A stretch of DNA of 34,893 nt from Octopus bimaculoides (GCF_001194135.2 NC_068983.1:62909202-62944094); one strand, 5' to 3'; positions 1-12,396 are shown, counted from the first letter of the stretch. Notes: generated by a model from the sequence alone, not told the origin. Numbers and translations are program-made.

Positions 1-1363
1 CCGTTCTTTCGTTTTCGCATATAGCTGCTTGATCAGTTGTGCATACGGTGGTGTGGGTAATAATGCTGGTGTTTTGGGTTTTTGGTTTTCCCGTGGCTGT
101 TGCTGTTGTTGTTGCTGTTGTTTCGCGGCAGAATTGCAGTCCTTTTGGAAGTGAGTTTCACTGCCACATATGTAACAGCGTGGTCGTCTGCCTTCCACCA
201 CTACATACAGCCTTTGCGTTGATGGTAACTTTATGTAGGTGGGTATTTTATTTAGTGACTCCTGGGTAATATGGAGAAGGATCTCCATTTTTTTACCCAC
301 CCACTGTTGCTTTTCAGAAACATTAATTTGCAATATGTTAACTTCCTCCATATCGACACATACGGCTGATGTTATCCATAATGTGTCTACCGTGGGAGGA
401 ATATTTTTTTATGATAACCCTTGTTACCCTCTGACCAAGGTAACTCGGTATCATTATTAACTCTTCTGTCTTAAGAGTTAGCGTTGAGAATCGTTTCGCT
501 AACTCTTCACTTTGAAAAATAACTTGCACATGGGCAAATTTATGCCACCAAGTTACATAATCCTTATATTGCCATACAGATCTCAAGCATTTCTCGATCT
601 TTTCCGTGGTTGCTTTTTCTGGGGTTTTTTGGTTTTGGAGTTTAAAATTTTATAAATAATTGTCTTTTTGTTTGTGTCTTCTAAAATGTCTTGTGGTATG
701 TTGATCCGTACCTCGTCATTTTCTTTCGTAAGTAAAGCCTTTGTATCTTTTATCTGCTGTGCAGTAAAAGATACTACCGTCGTTTTTTCCCTTATCGCCT
801 CGGCGAAGTTTGTTTTGATCTTGTTATTGTTGTTGTTGGTGGTGGTGCTGGTGTTGATGGCAGAGGTGACTGTTGCTGTATTAGCGTTGTTGTTGGCGGN
901 NNNNNNNNNNNNNNNNNNNNNNNNNNNNNNNNNNNNNGGTTTTGGAGTTTAAAATTTTATAAATAATTGTCTTTTTGTTTGTGTCTTCTAAAATGTCTTG
1001 TGGTATGTTGATCCGTACCTCGTCATTTTCTTTCGTAAGTAAAGCCTTTGTATCTTTTATCTGCTGTGCAGTAAAAGATACTACCGTCGTTTTTTCCCTT
1101 ATCGCCTCGGCGAAGTTTGTTTTGATCTTGTTATTGTTGTTCTTGGTGGTAGTGGTGGCTGCGATGTCGGTGGCAGTAGTGGTTTTGGTTTTGTTGTCGT
1201 TGGTGGCGGTCGTAATGGTGGTAGTGGAGGTGGTGAAGGCAGTAGTAGTAAACGCAGCATTCCTGGTCTCTACGTCTTGTGTTCGTTCATGCGGAACGAC
1301 TTGCTGGTCAGTCTCCTTGCCTGCTGTTAGAGGCAAATCGACTACGTGTGAAGGCCTAGCCAT
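1..1363 (-). mobile_element. ORF1 (gag-like, CCHC zinc knuckle) of a non-LTR retrotransposon, probably L1/Tx1-like; disrupted by two single-base frameshifts and a gap-flanking duplication; runs off the window start
   Basis: Manual translation joins ORF 881-1363, the 338-625 segment and an unlisted frame reading VIIKNIPPTVDTLW...VVVEGRRPRCYICGSETHFQKDC. The CX2CX4HX4C knuckle is at 136-177, followed by a poly-Q/P tail open to base 1. Frameshifts map to homopolymers near 615-630 and 404-410. Clade assignment is from motif context only. Confidence 0.8.
631..1141. repeat. 204-bp exact duplication (631-834 = 938-1141) around a 38-N gap
   Basis: Direct comparison shows identity at offset 307; the ORF track gives the same peptide at 668 and 975. 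Confidence 0.95.
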
Positions 1364-2694
1364 ATTTCTTTTACGAAATATGGCAAATAAGCCGGAGAAA
1401 AATCAGAAACTTTTCGAAATAAACTCCAGAAGGAGCCACTTCCTATTACAAAAACCCAATAGGGTCGAAGTGTATAGACTTATACACCTCTTCCACACAA
1501 AATATGACTTACTGAAACCGCTCAACAGTAGTAGATTGAGTAAGTGCTTTTTAAATACCACTGTCTCTTTCGGATATCATCTAGAGGAATATTGAGTTCG
1601 TGGGTGACAACTCGCCCTCCGCTTTGGTATCAGGCCACTTAGCATAGCAGAACATTGACATCGAGTACTTATTTTAGAAGTGTGTGCCGCTGAATTGACG
1701 GTGACATTTTGGCCAGCTTAGACACCAGCGCTTTGGGGCACAGACCCTAATATATGTCTGCTCTTCTTGTGGCTTAGTTGACATTATACCAAGATATCAA
1801 CGCACTATTACACGGAAAACAATGTTACCCTCTAGACTGGAGTAGCATTGTATAAAGCATTGCGACAGGTACTACTAGACAGCATTTATGAGCCACTTAA
1901 CAGATAATATTGACTAACTCACAAGAATCACCTCAATTCTGTAAAAATTATAACGCACGAAGATATCGGCTCAAGAAATTTTTTTCTGCAGGATGATTCG
2001 TTCATCAAATTGTAAAGAAAGTAAAAATAAGACACCCTATAGACTTGTGTGTGCATCAAGTGACATAGAAAATACAATAAGTAGTTTCAAAGGTCTAATC
2101 GTAGATACACTTTTGCTATATCTCCGTTTTCATATAAACAAGATTGCTGCCTGATTCAACTACGTACGGTATATAGTTGTTAACACACCCAAATACATCA
2201 GGCTGACTTAGAAGTTATTTCGTTTTAAAGAATTGCTTCTGTACAAGCTTTGTGAATGATGGCATAAAAACGTTGCGTCTTCTGCTGATACAAAAATACT
2301 TTTCAAAGTTAACATTTAAATTTCAATTATTCCGGTTCAATATTTATTTTACAAATGTTCTTCAATGGATTCTGTTTTGTCTGTTAAAATTCCTATCCAG
2401 GTTTAAACTGTATCTAAATCACTTAACATTTAATTTTTCAGTTCTGTCTGTCTTTATATATAAAACAAGTATTCTTTCGGTCGATAAGTTTGCATTAGTT
2501 GAAACTGTTGCAGGCTTTTAAATTGTTAATTTCTATAACACGAATTATTATGCAACGAATACCACTCTTTCGCTTTCCACAGAATAATTTCCCTTTCTGT
2601 ACTTCAGCTTGTCAATAATTCGCAGACCCATATGCACTATAGCCCCGTCAATACTCTCTCAATGCATACATAAAGCAAAACATACAAATCTTCA

Positions 2695-2820
2695 CATACA
2701 CACGCATACGCACACACACATACATACATACATACATACATACATACATACAAATATGCATACATACATACATACATGCATACATACATACATACATACA
2801 AATCTGCACATATACATACA
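2695..2820 (+). repeat. (CATA)n microsatellite
   Basis: Imperfect tetranucleotide array read directly. Confidence 0.9.
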
Positions 2821-2935
2821 AACTAAATTACCCTGTTGTTAATGTTGAAATTCCAAAGAAGAAGCCTTGAATCCAGGTTAGAAACCGACTCTTTCTCTAT
2901 CGGCAAGAAATCTTGAAATAAAACTGAACAATGAC
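2821..2935 (+). mobile_element. Probable 5'-truncated LINE 3' end abutting (CATA)n
   Basis: GTTAGAAACCG...AAGAAATCTTGAAATAAAACT...ATGAC at 2877-2935 resembles the 3' UTR terminus of the RLE-type LINE at 8608-8653 (minus strand). Confidence 0.45.
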
Positions 2936-3537
2936 ATATATTCGTATGTAAGCATGTATTTGTGAGTCAGTGTGTGAAGAGAAAGGGAAACCATTCCAAT
3001 CATAGATCATACCCTTTTTTGCATATTAAAGTATTTATGGATTTGCTCCAAGAAAATGAGACCTTAATCAAAAAATAGTACCCATTTACATTACATAATA
3101 TAGCTTATACATATATCCTGTACGTAATTTTATATAAATTATAAATAGTTTTTCATACATAATACCATGAAAATAGTAAGATATCAGTCTCCACGTACAA
3201 TGTTGTTTTCATTAGAAGGTTACCTTACGCGTACGATATTTGTACTTTGTGTTTTACTATACAGGCATTAGGTTTTATGTAAGGTGTAAAAATAAGCATT
3301 GAATATGTTTACAGATAACTAAAATGAAAACCGAAAAAAAGCCAGTATTTTACGACGCTAGTCATGTTACTCTCATACATAGAAATAAAATTCATATCTC
3401 ACATAAGAATAAAGTTTTGTGCATATTGTACAAAAACACACAGAATATATATAAATAGACGTGATGATCACTGCTTACAAACTTGAGAATATATGCAGCC
3501 TCAGACATCTTAATTATGTCAGATCCGGAAAACTTAC

Positions 3538-3603
3538 AGAAAAGTTGGGTCCATCAATGACATAGCTGTGAGCTGGGAAGTTCAGCATGTTATCAGCATC
3601 AAC
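3538..3603 (-). other. Candidate 66-nt phase-0 exon (VDADNMLNFPAHSYVIDGPNFS), host gene unknown
   Basis: TTTTTTAG acceptor and GTAAGT donor; only one frame is open; GC-richer than flanks. Weak pyrimidine tract and no recognised homology. Confidence 0.25.
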
Positions 3604-4722
3604 CTAAAAAATTTTGTTTTCATTAAAATGTTGGAGTACGTCAATTTTGTATAAAAAGAAAATATGGAATTTAATTGCAGGAAAATGTAATGCAAACTGA
3701 AAATATCAACATTATATTTGTAACGTAACAATGACGCCAGTGCTATTTTAGTGTCATCTGCCTCACTAACGTGGTGTTTTTTCGTAGTTGTCTCTCTTTG
3801 CTTTTATACACTGACATGATTTCTTGCTCTGTTTTGAATGCACGCTGCTCTAGTTCACCATGTTATCTATAGATACCTTTTCCACGGTGTCCTCAGTGTC
3901 GTCTTATCATCACTATGATCAGCAGCATCGGCTTGATTCACAACCATCACCAAGCATAATGTGTATGTTTTTCTTCTTTTCTTTTTTTCTTTTGCATTTG
4001 TAGTGCATCATGTCAGCAAAAAAATTAATAAATAAATAAACTTTCAGTTGTTTCAGACTTTCTGCTTTGGGAATTTCGGACAAAAGATTTTCAGCCTGTA
4101 TATATGTTCCAAGAAGACTTCAATTCAAATTTGAATTCAGCAAAATTTTAACACTGAACTTTTTCTTTGAAATCTACCTGAGGAAGTATGATAGTTTTAG
4201 CAACTTCATGTCACGAGTTACATATGTATTAAAGAAAATTGGAAGATTTTTCTCCTGTCAGATGTATTCGACGACTTTCTGTGTCAGGTTATAAAATAAA
4301 GTGAACAAATCATTTCGATAACTAGATAGATCCCAACTCCTCTTCCCATGATTTATTTATTATTATTTTTTTTTTTTTTTTTACAATCACTGTATAGAAT
4401 TCTTCTAGAGGTATTTAAGTTTACCCATGAAACTCTAGCAATGACTTCTGATCTTTCTGACGATGCAGAATGATTGCTTACCGACATTCGGGTACAAATA
4501 TGAGATCATCTGAATATATTTTTTATTTATTTTAATATACGCCTCTCCTGATCATCCGTTTCAGATTGTGCAACTCTTTGCATAACGATTTCTATAGTCC
4601 CAATATATGTAAATATACTTTTACGTAAATACTGGAGTGAGATATTTGCAGTCAGCAACATAACATAAATAGATGTGATATGCTGGACGGAATGACCAAT
4701 GTAAGCAGTTAGATCTTCAAGG

Positions 4723-4723
<1 letters not shown>

Positions 4724-4781
<58 letters not shown>
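4724..4781 (+). repeat. (TG)n microsatellite at a gap edge
   Basis: Read directly. Confidence 0.95.
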
Positions 4782-4911
4782 NNNNNNNNNNNNNNNNNNN
4801 NNNNNNNNNNNNNNNNNNNNNNNNNNNNNNNNNNNNNNNNNNNNNNNNNNNNNNNNNNNNNNNNNNNNNNNNTAGATAAATACATCGATAAATTTACAAA
4901 CACACACACAA

Positions 4912-4953
<42 letters not shown>

Positions 4954-5317
4954 CCATATCTACATTCAAACATACAACTATATATACACATATGCACCCA
5001 TGTACGTGTGTCTTTGTATGTATGTGTACCTGTGCATGTGTGCGTGTGTGTGTATATGCGTGTGCGTCTGTTTGTATTTATATATACGTACTTATATTAC
5101 ACAAACACGTACGCACACACACGTAAGTATGTGCCTGTGTGTGCGCTCGTGTGTTTTATTTGGCAGAAGCGTAGGCGTACTGATGTAATTGACTACATAA
5201 ACAAAAGTATACTTATAATATTCTATTCATTCTGGAAATATTGATTACGGTAACACACACAGGGACTCACATATGCTTACGAACATACTCACCTACCATC
5301 ATACATACTTACACACA

Positions 5318-5320
<3 letters not shown>

Positions 5321-5373
<53 letters not shown>
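5321..5373 (+). repeat. (CA)n microsatellite at a gap edge
   Basis: Read directly. Confidence 0.95.
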
Positions 5374-6296
5374 NNNNNNNNNNNNNNNNNNNNNNNNNNN
5401 NNNNNNNNNNNNNNNNNNNNNNNNNNNNNNNNNNNNNNNNNNNNNNNNNNNNNNNNNNNNNNNNNNNNNNNNNNNNNNNNNNNNNNNNNNNNNNNNNNNN
5501 NNNNNNNNNNNNNNNNNNNNNNNNNNNNNNNNNNNNNNNNNNNNNNNNNNNNNNNNNNNNNNNNNNNNNNNNNNNNNNNNNNNNNNNNNNNNNNNNNNNN
5601 NNNNNNNNNNNNNNNNNNNNNNNNNNNNNNNNNNNNNNNNNNNNNNNNNNNNNNNNNNNNNNNNNNNNNNNNNNNNNNNNNNNNNNNNNNNNNTATATAT
5701 GTATATATATATAGAAGTATGTATGTATACAGAAAGACTGAGACAGAGAAATATATTGGAGTATGTTTGCATGCGTGAAAATACGATGGAGTTAGAGAAA
5801 GGAGAAATGGAAGAGAAAATGAAACAGATAGTCGAATCTATATGCAGTTATAAATATATAGAGTATGTCAATCTAATAGGTACTATTAATATCATTTTGT
5901 TTATCCAATCGCCAATTTCACCACGTTTTCACGTATAAATCATATATTTGTTCAAGGGAAACCATTAACAGAAATAGTAGAGTGTCCGATAAAATTTGCT
6001 GTCGTTTTAAATGATGTTTTTTTTTTTTTACATTCTGAGTTCTAATCGTTCTTGGTTTAAATTTGCATCGTTTTAATTTAATTTTGCTGTTTAACCTTCG
6101 GTCAACTTTTATAATGAGAATTATCTTTAAAGAACTTCCAGCTGAGACGACCGCTACCTTTTTCGTTTTTGTCCTGACTTAGTATATCTAAGATTACCCT
6201 AAGAAATGTATCCTTCATTTCTTGACGATTCTAGAATATGATATGAGAAGGAGTTGGCTTTTGTTTCTAGCAAACTTATTGAGCACTTTAAATCTT

Positions 6297-6418
6297 CCCC
6301 ATTACTCCTGCTCATGATCAGAGACGCACATATTGTAAGCCAGTAAGGGACGTACTCAAGTGGTTAATGTCAAGCATCTGACAAGCAAATCTGTGGTATT
6401 GAGCAGAATATTTGCTAT
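6297..6418. repeat. Partial diverged copy of the 550-bp orphan repeat at 18027-18575
   Basis: Colinear with 18357-18480 (GATCAGAGAyGCACATAT...TAAGGGAC...CTGACAAGC...TGAGCAGAATATTTGCT). Confidence 0.85.
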
Positions 6419-6419
6419 G

Positions 6420-6598
6420 ACAATATTTCTGCTTCAGTTCGTCCGTCTTTACGTTCTGAGTTCAAATTCCGCCGAGGTCGACTTTGCCTTTCATCTTTTC
6501 CGAGTCCATAAATTAAGTACCAGTTGCGTACTGGGGACGATCTAGTACCCAAAAATTTCGAACCTTGTGCCTAAAGTAGAAAAGAATATTTCTACTTC
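6420..6598 (+). mobile_element. tRNA-derived SINE family A (GGCGGCGAGCTGG-headed), 5'-truncated copy
   Basis: ACGTTCTGAGTTCAAATTCCGCCGAGGTCGACTTTGCCTTTCATC matches the copies at 32475 and 28043. Confidence 0.85.
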
Positions 6599-8589
6599 AG
6601 CAGCTTAGTGCTGAATCTGTCTGAAATGTAATGGAAAATCGGTCAGTTTCAAAAGATTGATGTTCAGGTGACAAAAGCAAATTCGAAAGGGAATAGTAGT
6701 CATTTCCTTTGATTTCAAGATGGAAGCAAATAGGAAATAACACTTACTGAGCAAAGACAAGAAAAAAAAAAAAAAAAGAAAAAAAAATTTTGTGACACAA
6801 TGTAACCAAACGTGGTCCAAAATAACATATTCTGTCTTTGATTTCTGGACAACAGCAACAAATGTCTACGTCCTTTTCCCAAGGTGGCAGGGTACGTGTT
6901 CACTGGCCAAATTGGAAACTATTTTTATCTGATTGAGTGACCATCAAGTGACCTTGTCACTTGCTTGATGACGTTTACTGATATTCAATCAAACAGATTT
7001 GCAATCAAAAGCGTTCCACCCGAACCCATCGCGTACTTATTTTATTAGTATAATTGCGTTATATCAGGAACTACATTATTTAAGTCTGTAACGTAATATC
7101 TGAGGCAGTGAGTTAACAAGGTCGTTTCACTGTCGGATAATGTTTCTAGCTCTCGGTGATTCGAGTACAAATCCCTTTAGGATTAGTTTCGTTTCATGCT
7201 TCTCTGATCGATAAAGTTCCAGTCAAAAATTGCATCTATTTTTTTTCTCCTCTCTCCCTCTCTCGTTTTCTCTCTACCTACCACCCCCTCTCTCCCGTCT
7301 ATCAGTCTAAATATCTCTCTTTCTTAGAAGTTGCTATGTTCCTGTGAGAAGGGGCGCTGATGGCTAACCACAGTGTAACTTTCTCCAAATATGGAGAAGA
7401 ATTAAGCGATATGTTAACAAAGTCTTATACCCACAGAAAACCCCGATATGCGCCTGGAATCCTGCAAAGACAGAGCTATGTGCAATTTATCAAAAGAAGG
7501 AGAAATAAAGAATACAAGAATGTGAGACCTAGCAGCTAATTCAAGAAAGACGAGCGACCAAACACCGCATCCGTCACACAACTAGCGTTTGTTACTAATT
7601 AGCTCTAATATCAATTCAATGAGAAGGCTAAGAGTCGCCGGCGCTTATCATCTCCAGCATTAACACTATAAGAATGATATTAATTTGTAAGTATATGTAT
7701 TTTGTGTAAATAAGCGCGTATTGTTTATTGAATTGGCATCAGAACATTTAAAAGTTAAAGATTGCCTTAAGCCTGCAAGCTCATTTAGTCCAGTTTTCTC
7801 TTGCTTTCTGAAGCGTTTAGCAACTGAGAGTGAAAGACTCCAGTGCGTAGAAGAATAATCCAGCCACCAGCTACTACTGGTACTTAAGCAACATCAAATT
7901 AAATGCATTTGTCAAGGACACAACGTTCAGTCTGGCCCATGAATCAAAATCACGACCTTACGTTCGCGAGTCCGGAGAAAGATGCATACGAGATATGCAT
8001 CTTTATTAGTACATTAGTAGAATTTTCATACCTCTCAGAAGGTAGTTTACCGAGGTAGGGTTTAACACACAACTTCACAATTTGAACGATAACTGGATAC
8101 TACAATTGCTTCTCCTCAGTCGCCCCTGATTAAGTAGACAAATCTTTAAAGATCTTCCATTCACGTCCATGAAGTTCTTTTGTATACCAAAGTGTGCAAG
8201 TGTCTTTCCGTTATTTATAAGACAACTGGATCCGTTTGTTATCTCTGGGAGAGTCAATGAGTTGGGAACCTGTGTTTTGGGTGTATATAAATTATACTCA
8301 CACACACATACACACTCACACACGCACGCACACACACTCACACACACACGCACGCACGTACACACACTCACACACACATATACACACAAGCACACACGCA
8401 AACACATGTATACACACAAGCACACATGCAAACACGCACACACACACACACAATCACACATGCAAACACACACACACATGTAGCAACGCAATAAATACAA
8501 AGATATATCTATCTATTGAATAGATTTCAATACAATGTAGGTTTTTCTACTTGTGTGTGTGTGTGTGTGTGCGTGCGTGCGCGTATAAA

Positions 8590-9640
8590 CACAGATCCTG
8601 AGTCATGAGTTTTATTAAAGTTCTTCTAAAGAGAGTTCAAACCGGTTGCTAACAAAGCGTCAAGACATTTTGAGTTAAGAAAGTTCTGGTCTGTTTTTTG
8701 AGCTGTCCATGAACACACCCGTGTGCATGCATCTATTTACTACATGAATCTCAGATGGAAAATCTTTGGAATGCTTAACAAATCTTCACTGTACCACTAA
8801 TAGATTGAATTTGGAGAATCTGCATCAGTTTCCTTTGTTCTTTCTTCGAAAAACCTAGCATCTCTGGTTTTTCTGTGTAAAGTTGAAGGTACATAGCCTA
8901 ATGCATCTATGACGACTGGTACAAATGACTATTTATAGGGAGCATAGAAGAGCTGTAAGTTCCACATTAATTCACCATAAATGTTCTCTTTTTCCCTGAA
9001 CTTCTAATAAAACATTCACATCCACTGAGCAGCTGACTTCTACAACAGTGTATAACTTTTGTTCCCTGTCCCACAGAACAATAATACCGAATTTCTGTTT
9101 TTATTGGAGTGATCTACTTGTATTCCAGGTCTTTAAAGGTTTGAATTCATGCTGGTTCTGATGTGTCTTTGATCTGTTTGCCAGGGTAATCCTTCTTGCG
9201 CATAGAATTATAATCATATATATATCAAGCCTCAGGGCATGTAGTATTTCGTAGATACTTGAAGCAGGTGCTAATGTTATGGGTGGTATATCTGCACTGG
9301 TATAGCAGAGCCGACACTTTTCAACACAACGTGGAGGTTTGGTGGTATCTTCGTCTCTCTTGTTTATCGGGTATTTAGAAGCTATCTACTGTTCCTGGAT
9401 AATGAAGGTATATCATTCAAGGTGGAATTTAAGGTCTCTATCACAAGTCTTGTCAATGCTGTTCTTATCCTCTTGCTTACGGGATATGTACTCGTACATT
9501 GCTTTCATGATGGTATGATGCCTGCTTCTCCACCACGCTCTTGCTTTCGTGGGCCACTCCAGCCTCTTTTGGATCGCATGAGAGAGTTGCCTTCTCAGAA
9601 TACCTACACATTAGTTCTCCAAATCTGAAGATGTTGATGC
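8590..9640 (-). mobile_element. Decayed 3' portion of an RLE-type non-LTR retrotransposon (R4/Dong-like): zinc finger, restriction-like endonuclease and 3' UTR
   Basis: Minus-strand pieces across frameshifts and stops: HLE*YTFIIQEQ*IASKY, KCRLCYTSA / TTHNISTCFK / STKYYMP (CX2C..HX4C), IIVLWDREQKLYTVVEVSCSVDVN, KENIYGELMWNLQL, FVPVVIDALGYVP, QIQSISGTVKIC. This order matches the C-terminus of R4-clade elements. Confidence 0.8.
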
Positions 9641-10389
9641 TCTCACTTTTTGAATGTATGCACGTATGCTTCTTTCTATGCATGAATACTAGTATGGGAT
9701 TGGGATTATGTGTATATGCAAGTAGTGGATGATTGCATGCACATATAATGTGTGTATATATATATATATATATACACCATTACATATCTTTCTTTATTGT
9801 AGTAAATTTGACAATGGGTTAACAAAATTTTTTTAAATTAGTACTACTTACGCCAGTCTTTTCTGGTTAACTACAGAAAATAGTTGTAAGTTAAATTTAC
9901 TACAATACTGGAAGATATGTAATAACTATTATTTATACCTTGTCTTGCATGTATATATATATATATATATATATATNNNNNNNNNNNNNNNNNNNNNNNN
10001 NNNNNNNNNNNNNNNNNNNNNNNNNNNNNNNNNNNNNNNNNNNNNNNNNNNNNNNNNNNNNNNNNNNNNNNNNNNNNNNNNNNNNNNNNNNNNNNNNNNN
10101 NNNNNNNNNNNNNNNNNNNNNNNNNNNNNNNNNNNNNNNNNNNNNNNNNNNNNNNNNNNNNNNNNNNNNNNNNNNNNNNNNNNNNNNNNNNNNNNNNNNN
10201 NNNNNNNNNNNNNNNNNNNNNNNNNNNNNNNNNNNNNNNNNNNNNNNNNNNNNNNNNNNNNNNNNNNNNNNNNNNNNNNNNNNNNNNNNNNNNNNNNNNN
10301 NNNNNNNNNNNNNNNNNNNNNNNNNNNNNNNNNNNNNNNNNNNNNNNNNNNNNNNNNNNNNNNNNNNNNNNNNNNNNNNNNNNNNNNNT

Positions 10390-10570
10390 GTGTGTCTGTG
10401 TGTTTGTTCCCACCACCACTAGAAAACTGGTTGGGATGTTTACGTCCTCGTAACATAGATGTTCGGCAAAGGAGATTAATAGAATAAGTATCAGGTTAAA
10501 AATATATAAGTACTTGGGTCAATTCATCCGGCTAAAAATCAATGAAAGCGGTGCCCCAGCATGGCCGCAG
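10390..10570 (+). mobile_element. SINE family B, 3' half
   Basis: GATGTTTACGTCCTCGTAAC...GTTCGGCAAA...AGAATAAGT...AAGCGGTGCCCCAGCATGGCCGCAGTC is homologous to 12765-12955 (-) and 19690-19885. Confidence 0.8.
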
Positions 10571-10588
10571 TCTATTGATTGAAATAAG

Positions 10589-10621
<33 letters not shown>

Positions 10622-11514
10622 GTTAAATAAGACCGGTTTATGGGATGAGGTTACCTTTCAGGTCTGTAAAGGGCTTGATTTTATATACATTTACATAATA
10701 CATACATACATACATACATACATACATACATACATGTATGTATGTATATACATATATGTGCATATGTTCATATATGTATATAGGTATATAAATATATACT
10801 TGTACATTTATATGTATATACAATGAGCACAAATATTTGTGTATCTAATGTTGCCTAGCAACAGTCACGCACACGCACGCGAACGCACGCACGCACACAC
10901 AGACACACTCACATGCACATTCTGTTATGGTCATATATTGATATATATATATGCATTTATCATCACACAAATACATATACTGTAACACACACACACACAC
11001 ACATACATCTAAGCATAAATATATTCAAGCACACACTCATAAGCACGTATAGATCCTCGCTCATTGAGTTCATACGTTCATGCAGACTCACACAACTTTC
11101 TCCCGTATATATTCACACGCACGAACACACGTACAAATTGGCTTCTTTCACTTAGACACACACTTACACATGCACACATGCACATCTCGAACCTGTTACA
11201 CACACACGAATAGCACTGCCTCACGCAGTAACTAACACCCACATCCAATATCAATGATCATTGTGAAAAACACTTCTTCACGCCTGCAACTTTTACACCC
11301 TCACTGAAGGAATATGACCGCAGTCTTCCTCCTCGAAGCCATCATCAGACACAGCTCCACCACCACTACCTCCACCACCTCTACTTCCACCACCACTCCT
11401 ACCGCCACCACTACCTTCACTACCATTACTGCCACCACCATCCGCCATCACCACAAGCTATCATCATTATCCCTTTCCGTTTTTTTTTTTGTTTGTTTTC
11501 ATCATTATCATCAG

Positions 11515-11650
11515 GATCATCAATAACGTCATCATCGTCACCATCGTGGTTATCGCCTTCGGCGTAGCACGTGACTGGCTGCAACGTCAGCGGGAGTCTC
11601 TTACAATGAAACTGGAACGGTTGGAAGAGAGGGTGTACAGTTGTGGCATG
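11515..11650 (+). other. Candidate exon or regulatory island (IINNVIIVTIVVIAFGVARDWLQRQRESLTMKLERLEERVYSCGM)
   Basis: Poly-T tract with CAG acceptor at 11513-14, open frame, and possible GT donors at 11633 or 11651. The hydrophobic part derives from ATC-repeat sequence, so it may be spurious. Confidence 0.2.
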
Positions 11651-12301
11651 GTATCTATTANNNNNNNNNNNNNNNNNNNNNNNNNNNNNNNNNNNNNNNN
11701 NNNNNNNNNNNNNNNNNNNNNNNNNNNNNNNNNNNNNNNNNNNNNNNNNNNNNNNNNNNNNNNNNNNNNNNNNNNNNNNNNNNNNNNNNNNNNNNNNNNN
11801 NNNNNNNNNNNNNNNNNNNNNNNNNNNNNNNNNNNNNNNNNNNNNNNNNNNNNNNNNNNNNNNNNNNNNNNNNNNNNNNNNNNNNNNNNNNNNNNNNNNN
11901 NNNNNNNNNNNNNNNNNNNNNNNNNNNNNNNNNNNNNNNNNNNNNNNNNNNNNNNNNNNNNNNNNNNNNNNNNNNNNNNNNNNNNNNNNNNNNNNNNNNN
12001 NNNNNNNNNNNNNNNNNNNNNNNNNNNNNNNNNNNNNNNNNNNNNNNNNNNNNNNNNNNNNNNNNNNNNNNNNNNNNNNNNNNNNNNNNNNNNNNNNNNN
12101 NNNNNNNNNNNNNNNNNNNNNNNNNNNNNNNNNNNNNNNNNNNNNNNNNNNNNNNNNNNNNNNNNNNNNNNNNNNNNNNNNNNNNNNNNNNNNNNNNNNN
12201 NNNNNNNNNNNNNNNNNNNNNNNNNNNNNNNNNNNNNNNNNNNNNNNNNNNNNNNNNNNNNNNNNNNNNNNNNNNNNNNNNNNNNNNNNNNNNATATATA
12301 T

Positions 12302-12396
<95 letters not shown>

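Noticed and set aside
975-1595. 206-aa hydrophobic plus-strand ORF
   Set aside because: It is the antisense shadow of the Thr-rich retrotransposon ORF1.
4020-4290. Possible decayed CR1/L2 C-terminus (LLSEIPKAESLKQLKVYL, minus) or plus-strand exon (WEFRTKDFQPVY)
   Set aside because: Only loose resemblance, with multiple stops and no RT motif or donor site to anchor it.
4455-4515. C/D-box snoRNA-like ATGATT...CTGA
   Set aside because: The C box is imperfect, there is no terminal stem, and no recognisable rRNA guide.
6942-6970. Hairpin CAAGTGAC-CTT-GTCACTTG
   Set aside because: An 8-bp stem with no supporting context is expected occasionally by chance or local duplication.
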